A stretch of DNA of 64,000 nucleotides from a virus. Below the pieces are notes generated by a model. That model was not told the DNA's origin. It saw nothing but the letters and a program-made list of their open reading frames with translations, and searched no databases. The stretch lies in IMG/VR virus record IMGVR_UViG_2889178456_000001; one strand, written 5' to 3'. Positions 38,374 to 48,189 of this stretch are shown in pieces (position 1 is the stretch's first letter; each line of letters starts with the position of its first letter). The position numbers and the translations under genes were made by a program.

Positions 38374-38682
38374 ATGTGTATGACTAGGCTTCTAGTAGAT
38401 CAGAAGAATGATGACAGCACTGTCGTGGTCGCTGAGAGGCTTAAGGCTATCCGCACGGTGACTGGTCTGAATAAGAAGGGTTTCGCGGAAAGGGCTGGCA
38501 TTACCGAGCAAACCTACGGCCCGTTTGAGAATTCGAAGCGTGAGCTATCACTCTTGGCAGCTAAGAAGCTTCGGAAAACGTATGATCTGTCCTTGGACTT
38601 CTTATATTTTGGCGTAATCTCAGATTTGCCATCTCGATATATCGAATCTTACTTGAAAACAGAAATTACGGACGATCCTTAG
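38374..38682 (+). CDS. XRE-family HTH regulator
   Basis: ERLKAIR...FAERAGI...YGPFENSKR...YDLSLDFLYFG. Confidence 0.85.
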   Translation: MCMTRLLVDQKNDDSTVVVAERLKAIRTVTGLNKKGFAERAGITEQTYGPFENSKRELSLLAAKKLRKTYDLSLDFLYFGVISDLPSRYIESYLKTEITDDP

Positions 38683-39205
38683 TCGGAGGCTTTGGAAGTG
38701 TTTCGTAGTCCACGAGAATTTTCGGAACTTCAAGTACGGTCTGCATAAAGTGATCCGTATCCTTGAACTTCGGGATAACGCTCCATTGTGAGATTTCACC
38801 AATCTCCACCGTTGGGTTTCTATCAGCTTCTTCATCGAGAACGACCGGGTAGTTCAAGAAGTCTTTGATAAGCTGGCGCATCCAATATCGGGCTCCATAA
38901 TTGCTATCAAAATATGACACGTCATGAGGCGCCCAACCCTCTGCGGAATCCGACCTGTATCGGGTCCAGATGCTGCCCTCTTCGCTAAAGACAACATCGT
39001 AGAATTCGTCTTCGCTCTCGACAGCTGGGTCATCCCGCAGTTGAATTTCAACAGACATGAGAACCGCCTGACGTTCTTCCGGGTCACCAGCTAGAAAGAC
39101 CTCATAGGAAGCCTTCAAGCTCTCTACGAGGTCTTCGATCTTCTGATCTACATCTTCTATGCCAATTGGCTTCAGAGGATCCTTATGATCAGGCATCTCC
39201 CACAT
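38666..39205 (-). CDS. Hypothetical acidic protein
   Basis: 179 aa ORF coupled to the upstream gene. Confidence 0.6.
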   Translation of the reverse strand: MWEMPDHKDPLKPIGIEDVDQKIEDLVESLKASYEVFLAGDPEERQAVLMSVEIQLRDDPAVESEDEFYDVVFSEEGSIWTRYRSDSAEGWAPHDVSYFDSNYGARYWMRQLIKDFLNYPVVLDEEADRNPTVEIGEISQWSVIPKFKDTDHFMQTVLEVPKILVDYETLPKPPTKDRP

Positions 39206-39666
39206 TAGGGGGACGGAAATGAAGCCGTGTTGTCAGCTTCTTCATCAAGCGTCTGGGACACATCCATGAAGTGAGGATTCATCTTCTTCTTGATGGTCCA
39301 CGTCATGCTGTCGCCCATCGAACCGATATGATCGGAAATATCGGAAACATCATAGGTGTCGCCCTCGTAATCATATTCTGTTTGGACATAGGACAGGACG
39401 ATTTTCTCAGCTTGCTCTTCAGTAGAGGCGACATCCACAATGATCTCGTGATCAACGACCATGGCAACCACATAGGTCTCCACGACCTCATCCAGCAGGT
39501 CTCCGAATTTCTTGTTAGCTTCCGAAGCCAGGTTCGCCGCTTCATGACGAGCGTCACGGTGACCAAGCTTATACTGTTGGGAAGCCCCATCCATATTGAT
39601 GTTGACGATCTTGCGGTGTAGGTCATTTGAAATGTCTCTTACGCGACCGTGAATTTTGTTTGTCAT
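39205..39666 (-). CDS. Hypothetical protein
   Basis: 153 aa, GAGG RBS; ends ASFPSP. Confidence 0.6.
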   Translation of the reverse strand: MTNKIHGRVRDISNDLHRKIVNINMDGASQQYKLGHRDARHEAANLASEANKKFGDLLDEVVETYVVAMVVDHEIIVDVASTEEQAEKIVLSYVQTEYDYEGDTYDVSDISDHIGSMGDSMTWTIKKKMNPHFMDVSQTLDEEADNTASFPSP

Positions 39667-39839
39667 ATTTTCTGCCTCTATAGATTACTCTAGCTTGGTC
39701 TAACCATGCTTTCTGATCATCATATCAATTTATGATTGCTTATAACAACCATATTCCGACCTCCAAAACAGGCCTTAGTCTTCTGACATTATCAAGAAGA
39801 GCACGCACAAAAGTGTTAGAGATATTGCTCCGACTATGG

Positions 39840-40136
39840 TCATTGTCGGGTCTCGCAACCTTCTTGGGCCAGGCGCTCAGCTTTAACCCGAGCTGCTATT
39901 TCACTCAGGTTCTTGTGTCTTACCTCATCGGTCAGCTCGTTACGTCTTGCTTTTTCGGCATCCCGTTGGGCTTGAATACGATTTCGTGCGAGTTCAAATA
40001 GGTAGTGCGCGAACATGGTTGCAGCGATACAAGATAGTGCCGCCAACATGAATGGAGCACCCAAAGCAATCGCGATGTCAAAAATAACGATTATGCCTAC
40101 TGTATATAGGCAAGATACAATAAATCTATCAAGCAT
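39840..40136 (-). CDS. Small two-helix membrane protein
   Basis: AAAGGA RBS before MLDRF. Confidence 0.55.
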   Translation of the reverse strand: MLDRFIVSCLYTVGIIVIFDIAIALGAPFMLAALSCIAATMFAHYLFELARNRIQAQRDAEKARRNELTDEVRHKNLSEIAARVKAERLAQEGCETRQ

Positions 40137-40321
40137 ATCGCGTCCTTTAAAAATATGGTAGGAAAACTGGCTTTGACATACAGGTTCCCTGTGATCGTAA
40201 TTGCTTACGATCATCATAGATGTGGCCGCTTAAGACAGAATTAAGACGATGCCATTTCCGGAGCTTTCAAAGAGACTTCTTGAGAATATGAGAAACTCAA
40301 GATAGCTTTCCTCAAACACTC

Positions 40322-40666
40322 TTGGAAGCAGGCGCCGAGACGATGATGTTCAAGTCGACAGATACGATGGCCATAGGAGCGCGTCTTAAAGCGATCCGCG
40401 TTGGGCTCTCCCCGCTTTCGCAGAGAGATTGGGCTCTTAAGAATGGATTTTCATCGACCCAGTACAACAACTGGGAGACCGGGATCAGGCGCATTCCGGT
40501 GGAAGCGGCCGAGCGCCTTTGTGATTTATATGACCTGACATTGGATGCGATCTATCTCGGACGCCTTGATGGGCTCTCTATACGAACGTTGCAGGTTCTC
40601 CAAACCGCTGCACCTGCAAGCCCTTTAGGCATCAATCAAAGCAATCCTCAACCACAAGAGCGATGA
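40322..40666 (+). CDS. XRE-family HTH regulator, directly upstream of array 3
   Basis: ARLKAIR...SQRDWA...YNNWETGIRRIP...YDLTLDAIYLG; inverted repeat TCTTGAG/CTCAAGA at 40278-40302. Confidence 0.85.
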   Translation: MEAGAETMMFKSTDTMAIGARLKAIRVGLSPLSQRDWALKNGFSSTQYNNWETGIRRIPVEAAERLCDLYDLTLDAIYLGRLDGLSIRTLQVLQTAAPASPLGINQSNPQPQER

Positions 40667-40797
40667 TGCGCTCCATGAATAGAATAACTGGTGACGAAAT
40701 TTATCCTTGAGGTCTTCGCTCGATCCTTTTAGAAAGGTCACAAGCAAGGAGACTGGTACTTATAAAAGGGAGATCGAGAGGTTCTTAAGCTGATGAT

Positions 40798-41355
40798 GGT
40801 GCCAATTTACAGAGCTTGGGTGGCTACTAAAGTTTGCAGACGAGGCAAGTCTTGCCATGGTACAGCTAACCTGAATTTGGGTGGCTACTACAGGATACCC
40901 AGAGGGCGGCCCGCAGGCCGGGGGATTCAGCTACCCTGAGTATGGGTGGTTACTACAGGATCCGGGCCAAAGTTTCGAAAGTTGGATTGGATTCAGCTAC
41001 CCGGACTATGGGTGGTTACTACAGGTTATAATCCGTCGCACAGCCCTCCCTACGAGATGCAGCTATCCTGATATTGGGTGGTTACTACAGGTAGTCTCTG
41101 CGGTGATGCTGACGCTGAATCGATGCAGCTACCCAGAATATGGGTGGCTACTATAGGGGTAAGCATCCACGTCGCTTTGATGGTCATGATGCAGCTACCC
41201 GGACTATGGGTGGCTACTATAGGGTGCCAAAAATCTGGTACCGTGGCCTAAACTGATCCAGCTACCCTAGATTGGGTAGCTACTACAGATGATACCGCAG
41301 GGTCTCTGTATCGATTTTAGTTGCAGCCATCTTGACTATGGGTGGCTACGAATAA
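40798..41355 (+). CRISPR. CRISPR array 3 (orphan): 9 repeats (35-36 nt), spacers 25-31 nt
   Basis: Repeats such as GATGCAGCTACCCAGAATATGGGTGGCTACTATAGG at 40798 (degenerate), 40859, 40924, 40990, 41056, 41122, 41188, 41255, 41320. Confidence 0.94.
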
Positions 41356-41423
41356 AATGAAGTCTTCCCGGGTTCGATCCAATGTTGCTATCTGAAATGA
41401 GTTGCAGCATTGGACGCCCGTGC

Positions 41424-41696
41424 TTACTTGTTAATTTCAGCTTTCAATTTCTTCTCAGAGGCATCCGCCCAAAGCAGGAGTGCATCGGCCGCCTCTTTGG
41501 GGATCGTGGTTTGCGCCATATGCTCGGCCGCATCCCGAAGCGTCTTGATTTCGATCTCTTTAAATTTTCTGGAGAGCGTGCTCTCGCGGATAAAAGCAGG
41601 GGCGCCGTTGTCCTCAAGACTGATAGCAACCTTGCCATCAGAACATTCGCTGGGATCGAGATACACGGTGTTGCGGGCGTCCATGTCAGTATGCAT
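41424..41696 (-). CDS. Hypothetical protein
   Basis: 90 aa ORF in a minus-strand run. Confidence 0.5.
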   Translation of the reverse strand: MHTDMDARNTVYLDPSECSDGKVAISLEDNGAPAFIRESTLSRKFKEIEIKTLRDAAEHMAQTTIPKEAADALLLWADASEKKLKAEINK

Positions 41697-41935
41697 TAGG
41701 AACCCGACGCAGGTTTAGACGAAATCCAAGTACATTCGTCCCCGCCGTTTTCGCAATCACATTCAGCACAGCGCTGGGCACCTTCAGGTGCGGACTTCTC
41801 GGGGGTCATAGCAGCAAAGATCTCGTTCAGTTGCGGGGCCATCTTGCGACCTACAGCGACCAGGATCGGGTTCTCTTCGCGCACCTTGCGGGCTACCCGT
41901 TCTGCTTCTTGGTTCAGGCTTTCATCGTTCATCAT
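41696..41935 (-). CDS. Hypothetical protein with C-terminal Cys cluster
   Basis: AAGGAA RBS; CAECDC motif. Confidence 0.5.
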   Translation of the reverse strand: MMNDESLNQEAERVARKVREENPILVAVGRKMAPQLNEIFAAMTPEKSAPEGAQRCAECDCENGGDECTWISSKPASGS

Positions 41936-41952
41936 CTAGGTTCCTTAGGTGT

Positions 41953-42285
41953 TTAGGTGAGCAGGTGGATTAAGAGAGAAACCATCAAGCCAAGGACGAA
42001 GCCCAGCGCGATGAAAAGCGCGGCGCCGCCGGGGGCCTTTTCGTGACTTGCTCCATTGACGAATTGGCTCATTGTACGATTGGCGGACAAGGCCTTCATC
42101 CGGCGCTCAACCAGGTTGCCTTGACCATTAGCATCTGGGGAAGTGGCCGGTCTCGCGCAGAGGATCTCTTCACGACGCTTGCTGAGTTGAAGAATGCGGT
42201 CCATCGCATTCCTGTCACCGTCCATTACTCTACCCATGAGCGTCCTTGTCTCACGGCTGATGTCAAAAAGCTCCTGCTGTGACAT
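41953..42285 (-). CDS. Hypothetical protein with C-terminal membrane anchor
   Basis: GGAGGG RBS before MSQQE; hydrophobic tail. Confidence 0.55.
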   Translation of the reverse strand: MSQQELFDISRETRTLMGRVMDGDRNAMDRILQLSKRREEILCARPATSPDANGQGNLVERRMKALSANRTMSQFVNGASHEKAPGGAALFIALGFVLGLMVSLLIHLLT

Positions 42286-42488
42286 AGCACCCTCCCCGTC
42301 TCGCAATACTGTGCATGTAAATACCCTACGTTTCAGCAAGCATAAAGTAAAGAATAAATGGAAACAAAACGATAGAAGATGTCGCCAATCATTGTGGCAC
42401 GCCGATTAAAGCATAAAAATATGATACGTAAAACTTGACAATGCTTTCTTGTCAACAATATCCCTTAAAACAGACAAGGATATTTCCA

Positions 42489-43364
42489 ATGTCAGACAGT
42501 AAGGTAACCTATCAACTTCTTTTTCGCTCCAAGCAAGCGATGGTAAGTGATCGACCTATCACCGAATTTGTTGGCCATGTAGAACTGCCCCGAGGCCAAG
42601 CGCGTCACGGTACGGTAACCAGCATGATGCCCTGCGCAGACGGCGCCGGTAACAACCTGCGAGAATTCTACGAGATGGGTGAAAAGATCCCATCATCTCT
42701 TTTCTTCGGTCGCGCAGTACCAGAGAACTGGGATGCTGATAATATCCTGGAGCACGTCAACTTTCGCTTGGAGACCATGGGGGACTCTGCACGTGCCATT
42801 ATGATGGCCTCAGATCTTCCCGCCACGGCGCCAGACCGGGAAAGCTATCTGATTGTAGGTCAGATGGCGTCCAAAAATATGAGAATTGCCACCGGCAGTG
42901 TGCAGGTGTTCGAAGGCAAGGGAGGTCCTGATGATGGTGTTCGCTATACTGGGACTGTGGGAAGAGAGCTAAACACTGGATGGGATGTGCCCAGCCCTAT
43001 TATGCTGGCGAACTCCACTATGGCTCGTGTGATCTCCACACCGATTTGGGGCAATCATGATGACCCCTTCACTTTGGGCCCCTATTTTTCGCCTAAGATC
43101 ACACGAGCACTACGTGAGGCCGCCGATCATGTAGCGCGTGGCTATGAGGTTCACGAGATTCCAGAGGCGGTCACGCACCACCTTCCAGAGAACTTCAAAG
43201 CTCTGTTCTCTGATTGCGATTATGCCGACCACCTACGTGCGGTTCGGGATCACGATGAGCAGCTTCTTAAGGTTCCTTTTGGTCCCTCCTCAAGGGCTGA
43301 TCTTGAACGCTACGACGAGGCCGTAGAGCTTCATCGCAGCCAGCAGATGGCAATGCCTGCCTAA
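42489..43364 (+). CDS. Hypothetical protein
   Basis: Long ORF, AAGGA RBS; hairpin follows at about 43381-43415. Confidence 0.65.
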   Translation: MSDSKVTYQLLFRSKQAMVSDRPITEFVGHVELPRGQARHGTVTSMMPCADGAGNNLREFYEMGEKIPSSLFFGRAVPENWDADNILEHVNFRLETMGDSARAIMMASDLPATAPDRESYLIVGQMASKNMRIATGSVQVFEGKGGPDDGVRYTGTVGRELNTGWDVPSPIMLANSTMARVISTPIWGNHDDPFTLGPYFSPKITRALREAADHVARGYEVHEIPEAVTHHLPENFKALFSDCDYADHLRAVRDHDEQLLKVPFGPSSRADLERYDEAVELHRSQQMAMPA

Positions 43365-43433
43365 GTTAATTCAGGTTTAATTAGGGCGCGGTAAGATTAC
43401 AGTCTCGCGCCCTAAGCAGACTTGAAAGCAATC

Positions 43434-43973
43434 ATGACCCTCGACCAAATTCCAGCTTTTGATCCCATCGATCTGATCGTTGTGGCGGTCTATGGTCTGA
43501 TGATCGGTATGCCGCACTTCAAGTCATCGAAGGCGCTCATTCTGGCCAACGTATTCACGAACTTGATGACGGCCGTGTATTTTGGTGTTGCAGGCGCGAA
43601 CACCGGTATGGCCCTCTGCCTGATCGCAGGCTTGAGCAGCCTTTCTCAATATTTCATACCGATTTCAGATCGACCCCTTATTCGCAGGATCCGACTTACT
43701 CTAGGCCTCACCGCTGGGACCATCGCAACCGCCATGTTTTATGAGGGCGCGGCTGACCTTCTGATCTGTGCTGCTATCTTTTCTCTGCGCATTTCGGAAG
43801 CAATCGCCTCCATAATTCTGCTGCGGGCTTCTATCATGATGAGCGCATTCGCCTGGATGCTTTATGCGGTCGATCATGAACTGTATTGGCTGTGCCTTGC
43901 GGAGCTGCTGACCTTCCTGTCTGCGTCCTACGCCATTTTCAGGGCCCGTAAACCGTCAGTGCAGCCAACCTAG
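43434..43973 (+). CDS. Inner-membrane protein (YgjV-like)
   Basis: About six hydrophobic helices; family is tentative. Confidence 0.5.
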   Translation: MTLDQIPAFDPIDLIVVAVYGLMIGMPHFKSSKALILANVFTNLMTAVYFGVAGANTGMALCLIAGLSSLSQYFIPISDRPLIRRIRLTLGLTAGTIATAMFYEGAADLLICAAIFSLRISEAIASIILLRASIMMSAFAWMLYAVDHELYWLCLAELLTFLSASYAIFRARKPSVQPT

Positions 43974-44046
43974 GTAGCCGTAGAACAGAGCAGACCTTGC
44001 AATATTTCGCATATATAGAACCCAAGCATATTTTAGGAGATTTCAG

Positions 44047-45027
44047 ATGAAGCAATTACCCGAAGGCACAATGGACGGCGTCGATGAACAGATTTTCGCG
44101 ATTGGAGACATTCACGGCGAGCTGGCCTCAATGGAAGCAGCACTGGAGTATGTTCGCGAGAACCGAGACCCCTCCCGGACGTCTCACCTGATATTTTTGG
44201 GGGACCTTGTGGATCGCGGTGCAGATGGCATGAAATGCATGAAGATGGCCTGGGACGCCTGTGAGCGCACCGGTGTCGACAAGCGTACTGTCCTGATCGG
44301 CAATCATGAGATGATGATGTTCCACTCGATCACTCCGCTTGCAGATGGAAGTTATGACGATTTCATGGGGATGAACTGGGTCAAGAATGGCGGCGCCTCC
44401 GTTATACGAGAGGTGACGGAAGCCTCAGGCAGCACCAAAGGTATCGAACAGCAGGTTAGGGATGCGATCCCCGAAGGCATGCTCGAGCACATGGTAGCAA
44501 ACACCCATCATCGCGCTGGTAACCTGATTTTTGTCCATGCTGGCTTAATCGCGGGCCTGGACAGTGAAGATGACCTTGCGCGTTATCTCGCCCGCCCACC
44601 AAAGATGGAGGACGGCGATAAAACACATTGGGCATGGGTTCGGGAGGACTACTTCTTGGAGTATGGTCGGGTAACTGGTTGGGGCCCTGATCGAAATCTT
44701 ATCGTTGTGCATGGTCACACACCGGTCGGCACGGATCCTCAGTCCTCCGCATACACTTCCTATGTCAAAGCACACAGAAGCGGCCAAGTTTTTGAGAAGA
44801 GCGAGACCGAAATGGCACGAGCACTTCTGGAAGCACTTAATAGCTCAGATCACCATGACCTGGTTAACGAGTGTGGTCGCATAAATATGGATGGCGGATG
44901 CGGGAAGTATAAGAAGCATGCGGCGCCTGTGCCCGTGCTCCAGCTTAAGGACAACCAATATCACATTGAGATGACGCTCAGGAATGACCTGGAAAGCAAA
45001 CCTCAAGCTGCGCCTTCACCATCCTGA
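44047..45027 (+). CDS. Metallophosphoesterase (PPP / lambda-phosphatase-like)
   Basis: IGDIHG, LGDLVDRG, GNHE, FVHAG, VHGHTP motifs. Confidence 0.9.
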   Translation: MKQLPEGTMDGVDEQIFAIGDIHGELASMEAALEYVRENRDPSRTSHLIFLGDLVDRGADGMKCMKMAWDACERTGVDKRTVLIGNHEMMMFHSITPLADGSYDDFMGMNWVKNGGASVIREVTEASGSTKGIEQQVRDAIPEGMLEHMVANTHHRAGNLIFVHAGLIAGLDSEDDLARYLARPPKMEDGDKTHWAWVREDYFLEYGRVTGWGPDRNLIVVHGHTPVGTDPQSSAYTSYVKAHRSGQVFEKSETEMARALLEALNSSDHHDLVNECGRINMDGGCGKYKKHAAPVPVLQLKDNQYHIEMTLRNDLESKPQAAPSPS

Positions 45028-45336
45028 TGGGTATCCTAAGTGCCATCAGCAAAACACTCCGCTCTAATCTGCAAAAATATGACGACCACCATAGGGACAG
45101 GCTTAGGCATCAGATCGAGGAAGCGGATATCGAGAGAGGCAAAGGCGTGATGGCCAGCCTTTCTCGAGGTAGTGTCCTTGTTTCACAGGAGAAGGTTTTC
45201 CTTGGTCGGATGCTGAGATAGAATTCCATACCATGAATAGTTGACAGGATATCTTACACCGTATAATGATTAGACATACTTAAATTATTAAGCTCGCTAT
45301 GGGCTTACTGATTACCGCTTGATGGAGAATGAATAG

Positions 45337-45573
45337 ATGTTTGCGACGATTTGGCTTGCTGGAGTAGCTGTAGGCGCCTTCCATATGAATGATAGCGGCA
45401 TCTGTGATGACATGATCGCAATGATGCGCGCTGATACCGACACGGCTTACGCGGAAAGCGGTCAGTTTGGATTGGCGACTGATACAGGCGCGATTTACCG
45501 TGCTGGCGACTGGTCCTACACATGTGAGGAAAACGGCGTGGAAGTGGGCGCGCTGATGGAAGCCTCCAGCTAA
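45337..45573 (+). CDS. Small hypothetical protein
   Basis: 78 aa, coupled to the next gene. Confidence 0.45.
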   Translation: MFATIWLAGVAVGAFHMNDSGICDDMIAMMRADTDTAYAESGQFGLATDTGAIYRAGDWSYTCEENGVEVGALMEASS

Positions 45574-45845
45574 TGAGTGATGACCGTCCTGCATATGTCT
45601 ATATGCTGGCGACCTGTGATAAGGGACGCAGCAAATCGTATGTGGGGTGGACCTACGATCCGGAAGCGCGTCTGAAGGCACACAACACCGGCCGTGGAGC
45701 GAAATCCACGAAGGGTCGGGACTGGCGAATAATACACCTGGAAACCCATCCGGGTAAGTCGGAGGCAATGTCCGCCGAATGGTATCTGAAAAAAGATAAA
45801 TATCGCCGCCAGAAATTGATCGCGGCAGCACGCAAGAAAGCATAA
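45573..45845 (+). CDS. GIY-YIG nuclease family protein (YhbQ-like)
   Basis: YVYML, SYVGWT, RLKAHNTGRGAKST, AMSAEW. Confidence 0.85.
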   Translation: MSDDRPAYVYMLATCDKGRSKSYVGWTYDPEARLKAHNTGRGAKSTKGRDWRIIHLETHPGKSEAMSAEWYLKKDKYRRQKLIAAARKKA

Positions 45846-45847
45846 AT

Positions 45848-46264
45848 ATGAAAAAGCTCATTCAAAGCGAACGCGCCCACTCCATCCCTCCGTATTACCG
45901 CGCCACGACCTTCACGGTGAAGGTGAACCTCGACATGGTTCCTGGTGCCATGCACACAGTTGAGGATGCTGCAAAAGCAATCTTGAACACCTGCAACTAC
46001 CTTCTCGCGGCAGTGGTCGACACCGCAGTAAAGCCAGGCTCCAAAGGCGTTGAGATTCAAATTTTGGGTGCGATGGACAGTGTTCGTGGAACCTGTCACC
46101 AGCCCGAGGATCACGTCAGCTTTATTAATGCCGGTGGCTACCAGCACTACATCAAGGATGTAACCTTCGATCCTGAATTCGCGCACGCCTATGTTATGCG
46201 CGGACGCTTCAATGAGATGGCCGACCAGGGCGATCTTTTCAGTACAGATGAGATCACTGGATAA
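45848..46264 (+). CDS. Hypothetical protein
   Basis: 138 aa, operonic spacing. Confidence 0.6.
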   Translation: MKKLIQSERAHSIPPYYRATTFTVKVNLDMVPGAMHTVEDAAKAILNTCNYLLAAVVDTAVKPGSKGVEIQILGAMDSVRGTCHQPEDHVSFINAGGYQHYIKDVTFDPEFAHAYVMRGRFNEMADQGDLFSTDEITG

Positions 46265-46267
46265 GAT

Positions 46268-46597
46268 ATGTCCGCTCAGCTGCTAGACTTCTCCCAAAAA
46301 GCCCGTGCGGTCCACCTTAAGCGCCATGAATATGACGTTCGCATTGATCGTCGGACGCGCTGGGGCAACCCAGAGCCTATGGCGAACCAGTCGGATAGAG
46401 AGCGGGATCGAGTAATTGCAGTCTACCGTGATTACCTCTGGGATCAGATCAAAAAGGGGAAAGTCACCCTAGAAGACCTTGCCGCCCTTCATGGGAAGCG
46501 GCTGGGTTGCCACTGCGCGCCTAAAGCATGTCATGGCGACGTCCTCGCGAATGCTGCTCAGTGGGCCTATGCCAAACTTTATCTGGGAGCTGCCTAA
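46268..46597 (+). CDS. DUF4326-family protein
   Basis: RIDRRTRWGNP, LHGKRLGCHCAPKACHGDVL. Confidence 0.85.
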   Translation: MSAQLLDFSQKARAVHLKRHEYDVRIDRRTRWGNPEPMANQSDRERDRVIAVYRDYLWDQIKKGKVTLEDLAALHGKRLGCHCAPKACHGDVLANAAQWAYAKLYLGAA

Positions 46598-47009
46598 TGA
46601 GACGGATTTACTTAGACTGTGATGGAGTTCTGGCTGATTTTGATCGGGCCTTCCGGGAGAAGTTTAACTGCTGTCCGGTCGACTACCGTAAGAGCGTCGG
46701 CACCGATAATTTCTGGGAAGATATTGTAGATCTGGCGCCTGATTTTTATCGCAATCTTCCGCTTATGCCTGATGCCATGGAGCTTTATATGGCAGTTAGT
46801 CACCGGCGACCGATCATTCTCACGGGATGCCCTACGGGTGGCTGGTCTGAGCTACAGAAGATCCTGTGGGGACGAGATCGTTTCCCCGGCGTACCAATGA
46901 TTGTATGTGCTTCCAAAGATAAGGGCATGTATTGCCAGCCTGGCGATGTACTGATCGACGACCGCACAAAATATGCGTACCTGTGGCGCGATGAAGGGGG
47001 CGTATTTAT

Positions 47010-48189
47010 CAGTTGCGCCGCAAGACCCCTTCCTTCAGGTGGGGGTTGTAAGGCGCGTTTCCATAGAAATAAATCTTGAATCCGGTGAATTGTCATGTAT
47101 ATTTGCATGTAATATGACAAAGACCAAGACTCTTAAGGTTCGAATTAAGGATCGCCACGCCGCACGTCTGCGGGACATGGCGAGGTCCGTAAACATGGTC
47201 TGGAACTACATCAACGAGCTTTCTGAGAGATCCATCAGAGAGCGTGGCAAGTTTCTCTCGGCTTTCGATTTACATCCATACACCAAAGGTGCGGCCAAAG
47301 AACTAGGGTTGCATTCGCAAACACCACAGCAGGTGGCCGCTGAGTATGTACGACGCAGAAAGCAATTCAAGAAGCGGCGTCTTTCATGGCGCAAAAGCTT
47401 CGGATCGAGGCGAAATCTCGGTTGGATTCCGATCAATACCAAAGCATCGTCGTGGAAGAAGGGATGCGTTTACCATAACGGAAGGTACTACCAGGTTTGG
47501 GACAGCTATGGATTGAAGCAATATACCTTCCGATCTGCATCGTTCAGTGAGGACGCGCGGGGGCGTTGGTACTTCAACGTTGTTGTTGAGTTTGAGGCTG
47601 AACAGAGCAAAGGCACCAGATCGGTCGGAGTAGATTTGGGGTGTAAGGATGCCGTAAATACCAGCGATGGTGAGAAACTCACCGGCCGATGGTATCGAGA
47701 AGAAGAAAAGAAACTGGCCGTTGCACAACGTGCCAAAAAGAGAAGGCGTGTCGCAGCTATTCACGCAAAAGCTGTCAACCGCCGAAAGGATGCGCTTCAC
47801 AAGCTGTCGCGCAAATTGGTCGATACAAATGCCGCAATCATCGTTGGCAACGTATCGTCACTTAAAATGGCTAAGACCCGTATGGCCAAGTCGGCGCTTG
47901 ACGCTGGTTGGGGCATGTTCAAAACAATGCTGGAATATAAATGCGATCACGCAGGTGTTGTTTTCGAAGAGGTCAACGAAGCCTATACTTCCCAACGTTG
48001 CTCGAGCTGCAAGGATATTCCCATCAGCAGTCCGAAAGGTATGGGCAATCTTGGAATAAGGGAATGGACATGCAGCTCTTGTGGATCGGTTCATGACCGA
48101 GACACAAACGCAGCGCTAAACATTCTCGCGCTCGGGCATGAGCGTCTCGCAGGAGGAATCCCCGTCCTTTAGGGCGGGGTGGATGTCAA
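47010..48189 (+). mobile_element. tnpB-only IS200/IS605-family element (IS1341-like), 1180 bp
   Basis: Inserted 3' of TTTAT with no duplication; left hairpin ACCCCTTCC/GGTGGGGGT; right end GAATCCCCGTCCTTTAGGGCGGGGTGGATGTCAA. Confidence 0.92.
47114..48172 (+). CDS. tnpB: TnpB with rearranged RuvC-II site
   Basis: KTLKVRIKD, GVDLG, IIVGNV (Gly for Glu), VNEAYTS, two CxxC pairs, HDRDTNAALNI. Confidence 0.92.
   Translation: MTKTKTLKVRIKDRHAARLRDMARSVNMVWNYINELSERSIRERGKFLSAFDLHPYTKGAAKELGLHSQTPQQVAAEYVRRRKQFKKRRLSWRKSFGSRRNLGWIPINTKASSWKKGCVYHNGRYYQVWDSYGLKQYTFRSASFSEDARGRWYFNVVVEFEAEQSKGTRSVGVDLGCKDAVNTSDGEKLTGRWYREEEKKLAVAQRAKKRRRVAAIHAKAVNRRKDALHKLSRKLVDTNAAIIVGNVSSLKMAKTRMAKSALDAGWGMFKTMLEYKCDHAGVVFEEVNEAYTSQRCSSCKDIPISSPKGMGNLGIREWTCSSCGSVHDRDTNAALNILALGHERLAGGIPVL

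Noticed and set aside
9672-41355. Self-targeting spacers against the IS elements or other window genes
   Set aside because: By eye only short chance matches (e.g. 11 nt GCTTCGCCAAG, or an RBS-like stretch near 37241); a computed search is still needed.
46528-47079. Intact 183-aa ORF as given in the track
   Set aside because: Its end runs into IS sequence; the real C-terminus lies at 48190-48247.
47010-48189. IStron (group I intron plus IS) that would splice out of the HAD gene
   Set aside because: Only about 100 nt separate the left end from the tnpB ATG, too short for a group I intron core.
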